This document shows positions 1 to 8,500 of a DNA stretch of 32,000 bases, piece by piece. Every line of letters starts with the position of its first letter. The stretch's first letter is position 1. The notes beneath the pieces were generated by a model. The model worked only from the letters and a program-made list of their open reading frames with translations, searched no databases and had not been told where the DNA came from. A program made the translations under genes and the position numbers. Source of the stretch: Cylindrospermopsis raciborskii Cr2010 (GTDB lineage: Bacteria > Cyanobacteriota > Cyanobacteriia > Cyanobacteriales > Nostocaceae); contig NZ_CP065936.1 in the NCBI RefSeq assembly GCF_003367075.2, positions 540,001 to 572,000 of the forward strand. Direction: 5' to 3'.

Positions 1-215
1 AAAATGCCCGTGATTATGTGAAGCTGGTGTTGAGAACAAGATTGGGTGACATACCAGTGAAAATTGAGCAAGCTGTGGATAAAATATCAGTATTGTCTAT
101 TTTAGATGAGCTGTTAAAAGTGGCAATCAAAGTTGATTGTTTTGAGGACTTTCATCAATCCTTAGTCAAATTGTCTCCTAAAGTTCCCGAATCAAATGAG
201 TCAGATAAGAGCTAA
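1..215 (+). pseudogene. 3' end of a tandemly repeated Rpn-family (putative transposase/recombination-promoting nuclease-like) gene fragment, cut by the window edge
   Basis: Encodes ...KLVLRTRLGDIPVKIEQAVDKISVLSILDELLKVAIKVDCFEDFHQSLVKLSPKVPESNESDKS, the same C-terminus as the ORFs ending at 805, 1756, 2671 and 3610. Confidence 0.7.
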
Positions 216-295
216 TTATGACGAACCATGGAAAGAAGCATTAACCGAGTATTTTGAACAATTCTTCTTCTTCTTTCCTTCAATTCACCAATTAA

Positions 296-805
296 GTGGG
301 TGAAAAGACAAAAGCAACCACCCGGAACCTAGGGGAGAGAGAAAAATGGAAATGGAGTTTAATCAGGGGATTATATGATAAGGGGTTCGATAGAGAGCAA
401 ATAATTCGATTATTTGGGATAATTGACATCATGATGGAGTTACCCAAAAAGTTACAGGAAAGTTTGGATAGTAAGATAAAGACATTTGAGGAGGATAGAA
501 AGATGCCGTTATTAACTAATATGGAGTTAAGAGGAATAGAAACTGGTAAGGAAATCGGTAAGGAAATCGGGAGGGAAATTGGCATATTAGAAAAAGCTCA
601 TGAAGATGTGAAGCTGGTGTTGAGAACAAGATTGGGTGACATACCAGTGAAAATTGAGCAAGCTGTGGATAAAATATCAGTATTGTCTATTTTAGATGAG
701 CTGTTAAAAGTGGCAATCAAAGTTGATTGTTTTGAGGACTTTCATCAATCCTTAGTCAAATTGTCTCCTAAAGTTCCCGAATCAAATGAGTCAGATAAGA
801 GCTAA
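296..805 (+). pseudogene. Rpn-family C-terminal fragment, internally deleted unit
   Basis: Joins directly at TKATTRNLGEREKWKWSLIRGLYDKGFDREQ; lacks the YNYRAFDLNQKPVIS...VMAHLK segment present in other units. Confidence 0.75.
546..581 (+). repeat. 12-bp coding minisatellite (GKEI), 3 units
   Basis: ggtaaggaaatc ggtaaggaaatc gggagggaaatt read directly. Confidence 0.9.
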
Positions 806-884
806 TTATGACGAACCATGGAAAGAAGCATTAACCGAGTATTTTGAACAATTCTTCTTCTTCTTTCCTTCAATTCACCAATTA

Positions 885-996
885 AGTGGGTGAGTGGAAT
901 TAAATATAAGATCAACGTAGGTTGGGTTGAAGTATGAAACCCAACATCCCCATGGGTCTCGTTACTCGACCCACCCTACAAATAATTGTGCCTCCC
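885..996 (+). repeat. Dispersed MITE/REP-like element, copy 1
   Basis: agtgggtgagtggaattaaatataagatcaacgtaggttgggttgaagtatgaaacccaacatccccatgggtctcgttactcgacccaccctacaaataattgtgcctccc; two internal inverted repeats (GTTGGGTT...AACCCAAC and GGGTC...GACCC). Confidence 0.85.
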
Positions 997-1756
997 TTAT
1001 AATTATCGTGCTTTTGACCTAAATCAAAAACCGGTGATTAGTTTGGCAATTCTGGGAGATGAGAGAGCTGATTGGCAACCAGAAAGTTATAATCATAACA
1101 TAGGAGGGTGTGAAGTAACCCTGAAATTCCCCATAGTAAAATTACTCAGCTATGAAGCCAAATGGTCAGAGCTAGAAGAAAGTAATAATCCTTTTGCTAT
1201 CATAGTGATGGCACATTTAAAGACAAAAGCAACCACCCGGAACCTAGGGGAGAGAGAAAAATGGAAATGGAGTTTAATCAGGGGATTATATGATAAGGGG
1301 TTCGATAGAGAGCAAATAATTCGATTATTTGGGATAATTGACATTATGATGGAGTTACCCAAAAAGTTACAGGAAAGTTTGGATAGTAAGATAAAGACAT
1401 TTGAGGAGGATAGAAAGATGCCGTTATTAACTAATATGGAGTTAAGAGGAATAGAGACTGGTAAGGAAATTGGCAAGGAAATTGGTAAGGAAATTGGTAA
1501 GGAAATTGGTAAGGAAATTGGTGAGGGAATTGGCATATTGAAAAATGCCCGTGATTATGTGAAGCTGGTGTTGAGAACAAGATTGGGTGACATACCAGTG
1601 AAAATTGAGCAAGCTGTGGATAAAATATCAGTATTGTCTATTTTAGATGAGCTGTTAAAAGTGGCAATCAAAGTTGATTGTTTTGAGGACTTTCATCAAT
1701 CCTTAGTCAAATTGTCTCCTAAAGTTCCCGAATCAAATGAGTCAGATAAGAGCTAA
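986..1756 (+). pseudogene. Rpn-family putative transposase/nuclease-like protein, C-terminal part only
   Basis: YNYRAFDLNQKPVISLAILGDERADWQPESYNHNIGGCEVTLKFPIVKLLSYEAKWSELEESNNPFAIIVMAHLKTKATT... is typical of the large cyanobacterial Rpn/DUF4351-like family; ORF opens on TTG inside a dispersed repeat and has no N-terminal catalytic region. Confidence 0.75.
1460..1531 (+). repeat. 12-bp coding minisatellite (GKEI/GEGI), 6 units
   Basis: ggtaaggaaatt-type units read directly (GKEIGKEIGKEIGKEIGKEIGEGI). Confidence 0.9.
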
Positions 1757-1835
1757 TTATGACGAACCATGGAAAGAAGCATTAACCGAGTATTTTGAAC
1801 AATTCTTCTTCTTCTTTCCTTCAATTCACCAATTA

Positions 1836-1947
1836 AGTGGGTGAGTGGAATTAAATATAAGATCAACGTAGGTTGGGTTGAAGTATGAAACCCAACATCC
1901 CCATGGGTCTCGTTACTCGACCCACCCTACAAATAATTGTGCCTCCC
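1836..1947 (+). repeat. Dispersed MITE/REP-like element, copy 2
   Basis: Same sequence as 885..996, carried inside the tandem unit. Confidence 0.85.
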
Positions 1948-2671
1948 TTATAATTATCGTGCTTTTGACCTAAATCAAAAACCGGTGATTAGTTTGGCAA
2001 TTCTGGGAGATGAGAGAGCTGATTGGCAACCAGAAAGTTATAATCATAACATAGGAGGGTGTGAAGTAACCCTGAAATTCCCCATAGTAAAATTACTCAG
2101 CTATGAAGCCAAATGGTCAGAGCTAGAAGAAAGTAATAATCCTTTTGCTATCATAGTGATGGCACATTTAAAGACAAAAGCAACCACCCGGAACCTAGGG
2201 GAGAGAGAAAAATGGAAATGGAGTTTAATCAGGGGATTATATGATAAGGGGTTCGATAGAGAGCAAATAATTCGATTATTTGGGATAATTGACATCATGA
2301 TGGAGTTACCCAAAAAGTTACAGGAAAGTTTGGATAGTAAGATAAAGACATTTGAGGAGGATAGAAAGATGCCGTTATTAACTAATATGGAGTTAAGAGG
2401 AATAGAGACTGGCAAGGAAATTGGTAAGGAAATTGGTGAGGGAATTGGCATATTGAAAAATGCCCGTGATTATGTGAAGCTGGTGTTGAGAACAAGATTG
2501 GGTGACATACCAGTGAAAATTGAGCAAGCTGTGGATAAAATATCAGTATTGTCTATTTTAGATGAGCTGTTAAAAGTGGCAATCAAAGTTGATTGTTTTG
2601 AGGACTTTCATCAATCCTTAGTCAAATTGTCTCCTAAAGTTCCCGAATCAAATGAGTCAGATAAGAGCTAA
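1937..2671 (+). pseudogene. Rpn-family C-terminal fragment, tandem copy
   Basis: Near-identical to 986..1756, with three fewer GKEI repeats. Confidence 0.75.
2411..2446 (+). repeat. 12-bp coding minisatellite, 3 units
   Basis: GKEIGKEIGEGI. Confidence 0.9.
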
Positions 2672-2750
2672 TTATGACGAACCATGGAAAGAAGCATTAA
2701 CCGAGTATTTTGAACAATTCTTCTTCTTCTTTCCTTCAATTCACCAATTA

Positions 2751-2862
2751 AGTGGGTGAGTGGAATTAAATATAAGATCAACGTAGGTTGGGTTGAAGTA
2801 TGAAACCCAACATCCCCATGGGTCTCGTTACTCGACCCACCCTACAAATAATTGTGCCTCCC
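2751..2862 (+). repeat. Dispersed MITE/REP-like element, copy 3
   Basis: Same sequence as 885..996, carried inside the tandem unit. Confidence 0.85.
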
Positions 2863-3610
2863 TTATAATTATCGTGCTTTTGACCTAAATCAAAAACCGG
2901 TGATTAGTTTGGCAATTCTGGGAGATGAGAGAGCTGATTGGCAACCAGAAAGTTATAATCATAACATAGGAGGGTGTGAAGTAACCCTGAAATTCCCCAT
3001 AGTAAAATTACTCAGCTATGAAGCCAAATGGTCAGAGCTAGAAGAAAGTAATAATCCTTTTGCTATCATAGTGATGGCACATTTAAAGACAAAAGCAACC
3101 ACCCGGAACCTAGGGGAGAGAGAAAAATGGAAATGGAGTTTAATCAGGGGATTATATGATAAGGGGTTCCATAGAGAGCAAATAATTCGATTATTTGGGA
3201 TAATTGACATTATGATGGAGTTACCCAAAAAGTTACAGGAAAGTTTGGATAGTAAGATAAAGACATTTGAGGAGGATAGAAAGATGCCGTTATTAACTAA
3301 TATGGAGTTAAGAGGAATAGAGACTGGTAAGGAAATTGGCAAGGAAATTGGTAAGGAAATTGGTAAGGAAATCGGGAGGGAAATTGGCATATTAGAAAAA
3401 GCTCATGAAGATGTGAAGCTGGTGTTGAGAACAAGATTGGGTGACATACCAGTGAAAATTGAGCAAGCTGTGGATAAAATATCAGTATTGTCTATTTTAG
3501 ATGAGCTGTTAAAAGTGGCAATCAAAGTTGATTGTTTTGAGGACTTTCATCAATCCTTAGTCAAATTGTCTCCTAAAGTTCCCGAATCAAATGAGTCAGA
3601 TAAGAGCTAA
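2852..3610 (+). pseudogene. Rpn-family C-terminal fragment, tandem copy
   Basis: Near-identical to 986..1756; FHREQ variant and ILEKAHEDVK tail. Confidence 0.75.
3326..3385 (+). repeat. 12-bp coding minisatellite, 5 units
   Basis: GKEIGKEIGKEIGKEIGREI. Confidence 0.9.
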
Positions 3611-3689
3611 TTATGACGAACCATGGAAAGAAGCATTAACCGAGTATTTTGAACAATTCTTCTTCTTCTTTCCTTCAATTCACCAATTA

Positions 3690-3801
3690 AGTGGGTGAGT
3701 GGAATTAAATATAAGATCAACGTAGGTTGGGTTGAAGTATGAAACCCAACATCCCCATGGGTCTCGTTACTCGACCCACCCTACAAATAATTGTGCCTCC
3801 C
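3690..3801 (+). repeat. Dispersed MITE/REP-like element, copy 4
   Basis: Same sequence as 885..996, carried inside the tandem unit. Confidence 0.85.
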
Positions 3802-4234
3802 TTATAATTATCGTGCTTTTGACCTAAATCAAAAACCGGTGATTAGTTTGGCAATTCTGGGAGATGAGAGAGCTGATTGGCAACCAGAAAGTTATAATCA
3901 TAACATAGGAGGGTGTGAAGTAACCCTGAAATTCCCCATAGTAAAATTACTCAGCTATGAAGCCAAATGGTCAGAGCTAGAAGAAAGTAATAATCCTTTT
4001 GCTATCATAGTGATGGCACATTTAAAGACAAAAGCAACCACCCGGAACCTAGGGGAGAGAGAAAAATGGAAATGGAGTTTAATCAGGGGATTATATGATA
4101 AGGGGTTCCATAGAGAGCAAATAATTCGATTATTTGGGATAATTGACATCATGATGGAGTTACCCAAAAAGTTACAGGAAAGTTTGGATACATATTGGGA
4201 TCTTAAAACTGTAAACACACAAAAACGGTTCTAA
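3791..4234 (+). pseudogene. Truncated last copy of the tandem Rpn-family fragment
   Basis: Identity with other units stops after LQESLD; the sequence then continues ...TYWDLKTVNTQKRF, which matches the 3' flank of the other Rpn-like gene (12961..13085). Confidence 0.75.
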
Positions 4235-4360
4235 TCAATTCCTGTCTCTAAAGAGCAGGGAGAAGTCCACTCCACAATGGGAACTCTATTTTCAAATTCC
4301 CACCTGATAATTACCACATTTTTTGAGTCACGCATTAAGCGATCGCATTTTATTTTAACT
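4192..4360 (+). repeat. Dispersed non-coding repeat A (3' flank of Rpn-like gene family)
   Basis: atattgggatcttaaaactgt.aacacacaa... and gggaactctattttcaaattcccacctgataattaccacattttt...gagtc.cgcattaagcgatcgcattttattttaact shared with 12961..13085; this copy has ~45-50 bp extra in the middle. Confidence 0.85.
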
Positions 4361-4482
4361 AGAATTAAGAGAGAGAGTGCTTTGTAATCGCCCTTATGAT
4401 TTAAACTGGAATATAGCGCAACTTCATCATGCAGTCTAAATTTTAGGGTATTGTTATCAACAGAGTTGACAAAGGGAAAAAT

Positions 4483-5499
4483 ATGTTGTACTGCGATGTG
4501 GCTGTATTTGAGGCAGTAATGTTTGTGTTAGAAAAAAGGATTTTTGACTTAATTATCTACCCATTCCAATTATTCTTTCTGGGATCATCCCAAATATATT
4601 GGGTATACTTGTTGGGATCTGTGCTAATTGCTATAGTAATATATGTTTACGTTAAAAAGTGGCAAGAAGATGTGACTTTTTTGCAATACATATTACCCAA
4701 AGAAGTCTATACACATCCATCATCAGTTACTCAGTACAAATACTTTTTTGCCATTGCCTTATTTGAAATAGTTTTTGTAGAGCCAATAGCAATATATTTA
4801 GATAACATTGCGGATATAACTAACAAAGCTCTGACAGAAATAACGAATATTACAGCACCCTGGGCTATTTCTAACGCCCATATCTGGCATAACTTAATAT
4901 TTACTTTGTTCATAGGATTATTGGCTGACTTCGCTAATTTTTTCTACCATTATCTCTCTCACAAAAACCAGACTTTATGGCAATTTCATAAGGTGCATCA
5001 CTCTGCTGAAGTGATCACACCTTTGACTGTATATCGAACCCACCCAGTTGAGTTGCTTGTGGGAATAATAATCATTACTACAGCCACGGGTTTAGGAACT
5101 GGTATCTGGAGCTATTTGTTTGGTACAGAAATAAAACGTCTATTAGTTTGTGGAGTTAGTCTCGATCTCTTTATCTTTTATTTAGCTGGATATAACTTGC
5201 GTCATTCTCATATCTGGTTAGCTTACCCCAAATGGGTTAGCCACATTTTTATCAGTCCAGCACAACACCAAATTCATCATAGTGTGGATCCAAAGCATTA
5301 TGATAAAAACTTTGGTTATATTTTTGGAATTTGGGACTGGATTTTTGGCTCTTTATATATCCCAACTAGTTATGAAAAACTGAATTTTGGTTTGGCTAAT
5401 GGAGAATCCAATTTATTTAATAGTGTCTCCAATATATTTTTACAACCATTTAAATCAATTTTGCAGCAAATCAAGCAAATCAATCAAACCACAGTCTGA
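4483..5499 (+). CDS. Sterol desaturase / fatty acid hydroxylase superfamily membrane protein (start probably 4516)
   Basis: Multiple TM segments with histidine motifs HYLSH, HKVHHS, HQIHHS characteristic of the superfamily. Confidence 0.9.
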   Translation: MLYCDVAVFEAVMFVLEKRIFDLIIYPFQLFFLGSSQIYWVYLLGSVLIAIVIYVYVKKWQEDVTFLQYILPKEVYTHPSSVTQYKYFFAIALFEIVFVEPIAIYLDNIADITNKALTEITNITAPWAISNAHIWHNLIFTLFIGLLADFANFFYHYLSHKNQTLWQFHKVHHSAEVITPLTVYRTHPVELLVGIIIITTATGLGTGIWSYLFGTEIKRLLVCGVSLDLFIFYLAGYNLRHSHIWLAYPKWVSHIFISPAQHQIHHSVDPKHYDKNFGYIFGIWDWIFGSLYIPTSYEKLNFGLANGESNLFNSVSNIFLQPFKSILQQIKQINQTTV

Positions 5500-5560
5500 A
5501 TTCCAGTGATCAATTGTAGTCCCGTCTATATTACATATAAGTTAATACTAATCTGATAGT

Positions 5561-8500
5561 ATGATATATTCTCAAAACAAGTCTGTTCACGAGCTGTTTA
5601 TGCAGCAAGTAGAAAAATCGCCTGATGCAGTGGCAATAATCTTTGAAAATCAGCAGTTGACCTATGGAGAATTAAACTGTAAAGCCAATCAACTAGCGCA
5701 TTATTTGCAATCGATTGGTGTAGGACCAGAGGTGTTTGTAGGTCTTTGTGTAACTCGTTCCATAGAAATAGTTATTGGAATTATGGGTATCCTCAAAGCG
5801 GGTGGTGCTTATGTTCCTTTGGACCCTGCTTATCCCCAGGAAAGGCTAGCATTTATGCTAGAGGATGCCAAGCCAAAGGTAGTTTTAACTGAAAATCAGT
5901 GTTTAGAGGCGCTGCCTATTATCAACGCCACGGTTTTATGTTTAGATGCGGACTGGCAAAAAATTGAGCAACAAAGTGAAGATAATCCCAGTTGTGATGT
6001 TACACCAGATAATTTGGCCTACTTAATATATACTTCTGGCTCTACTGGTAAGCCAAAAGGAGTACAAATGCCCCATAGCAGTATTGTGAATTATCTCCAG
6101 GGTATAACTAAAATAATCCCGGTTGATAACCAAGATATTTACCTGCATACAGCATCTTTCTCATTTACTGCTTCAGTCAGACAACTATTCCTACCCTTAT
6201 CCCAAGGCGCAGCTGTTGTTATTGCTACCCGTGAAAAAACCAGAGATCCCCTTAGGTTATTTGAACTAATTGAAACACAAGAGGTCACTATCTGTGATGG
6301 CGTGCCCTCGGTGTGGCGTTATGGACTCATGGCTTTGGAAAGTTTAGACAAAAAATATACAGTAGCTATAGGGGAATCAAAGCTAAAATACCTCATATTT
6401 GGCGGGGAGTTACTACCTTATCAACTAATTAAGAAATTACGTAACCTATTTCAAACTCCACCTCAATTTTTTAATATCCTAGGTCAAACGGAAACTATTG
6501 GTAATGCTTTTTATCCCATTCCTGAAAACTGCGATATTGAACAAGGATATGTTCCCGTTGGTAATCCCCTCCAAGACATGCAACAGGTTTACGTCCTCAA
6601 CTCCCAACTGGAACCGGTGAAAAATGGAGAATCTGGAGAACTGCACATAGCTGGTGGTACATTAGCACGTGGTTATTTAAACCGCGTCCATGCCAATGCT
6701 GAAAAATTTATTAATAATCCCTTTAATCCCCAGCAAAAACTTTTCAAAACCGGGGATGTAGCTCGACACTGCCAAGATGGTACTTTAGAAATTCTTGGTC
6801 GGATTGACTTTCAGGTAAATATCCGAGGGATGCGCGTAGAACTGGAAGAAATTGAAGCCATATTAAAACTGCATCCCTCAGTTCGAGAAGGTGCAATTAG
6901 CCTCCGAGAGGATATACCGGGAGATCAGCGCTTGGTTGCCTATATCGTCCCTAACACTCAAACCTTAGACTTGGCAGAAATTCGGAACTTTATAGAGCAT
7001 AAACTACCAGATTATATGGTTCCTAATGCCTTTGTGTTGATAGAAAAACTGCCAGTATTACCCAACGGAAAGTTAGACAGGAATAATTTACCCGTACCAA
7101 ATCTATCTGCTGGAATTAGTAACTTTGTTGCACCCCGTAACCCCCAAGAAGAACTAATAGCTAACATTTGGGGAGAAGTTTTAGGACTGGAGAAAGTAGG
7201 CATTTATGACAACTTTTTAGAATTGGGGGGACATTCTCTACTTGCCAGTTTAGTTGTATCAAGATTGCGCGAAGCCCTATCTTTGGAGCTATCCATCAGC
7301 ATTTTATTTGAAGCGCCAACTATAGCTAGTTTAAGCGAAAAAGTTACAACTTTTCAGGATGATTTTCATCCCACTAATTCCCTCCCAATTTTACAGCCAG
7401 TTTCCCGAACTGCAGAATCACCTTTATCTTTGATTCAACAGAGATTTTGGATTCTTGACCAAATGGAAGGAGCAAATGCAGCTTACAATATTACCAGAGC
7501 TTTGCACTTATTTGGTTCCCTGAATTTAATGGCACTTCAACAAGCAGTGCAGTCAATTATTCAACGTCACGAAACCCTGCGTACTTCTTTTGGTATATCA
7601 GAAGGAAAACCAGTGCAATTTATTGCAGAAACTTTATCATTCACCTTACCATTAGTAGATTTACAAACCCTAGCAGAAGTTGAAAGAGAGGCAGAATTAC
7701 AACGCTTAATTACCGCTGAATATACAGAAGCTTTTGATTTAAGCCAAGCCCCTCTACTAAGAGTAAAACTGATTCGCCTGGAATCAAATTCCCATATTTT
7801 GCTAGTCACCATGCACCACATAATCTCGGATGCTTGGTCAGTAGCAATTTTCTTCAAGGAATTGTCGAGTTTATATGGAAATTCTCCCCTGGCAAACTTG
7901 CCAGTTCAGTATGCAGATTATGCTTACTGGCAACGTCAAGGGCTGCAAAATGATGTTATCAATACCCAGATAAGCTATTGGAAACAACAGTTAGCAGACG
8001 CTCCATCAATCATAGAATTACCAACAGATTACCCCCGTTCCGCTGTTCAAACATTTCGCGGTAGTATCCACCGGTTTAGATTGGGTAATGACCTGACTAA
8101 CAAACTGAAAATATTAAGTCAGAAGTCGGGTACTTCTCTATTTATGACGCTGCAAGCAGCTTTTGTCACCTTTCTTTATCGTTACACTGGCCAAGAAGAT
8201 ATTGTTATTGGCTCCCCTATTACTAACCGCAATCGTCAAGCCCTCGAGTCATTAATTGGGTTTTTTGTCAACACTTTAGTTTTACGTACTCGCTTAGAAA
8301 ACAATCCTACGTTTAAACAACTATTATCCCAGGTGCGACAGGTTGCTCTTGATGCTTATGTTCATCAAGACTTACCTTTTGATACCCTAGTTGAAGCTCT
8401 ACAACCCAAACGGCACAAAAATCTCAGTCCCCTGTTTCAGGTAATGTTTGTATTGCAAAATTCTCCCTTGGAAAAATTCAACTTACCAGGTCTGAATGTA

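Larger units (their letters stand above)
196..4234 (+). repeat. Head-to-tail tandem array of a ~0.9 kb unit (one shortened unit, three full units, one truncated unit)
   Basis: Equivalent ORF starts at 986, 1937, 2852, 3791 (spacing 951, 915, 939) and equivalent stops at 215, 805, 1756, 2671, 3610; near-identical nucleotide sequence throughout. The first unit is 590 bp because of an internal deletion near position 300. Confidence 0.97.

Noticed and set aside
885-3801. Regularly spaced ~112-bp repeats with ~800-bp intervals as an array of attachment or CRISPR-type sites
   Set aside because: They are simply carried within the tandem ~0.9-kb unit, and identical elements occur dispersed elsewhere.
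292-4218. Antisense ORFs reading MPISLPISLPISLP... across the tandem array
   Set aside because: They are mirror readings of the GKEI 12-bp repeats and the conserved C-terminal coding strand; the plus-strand translation matches a known family.
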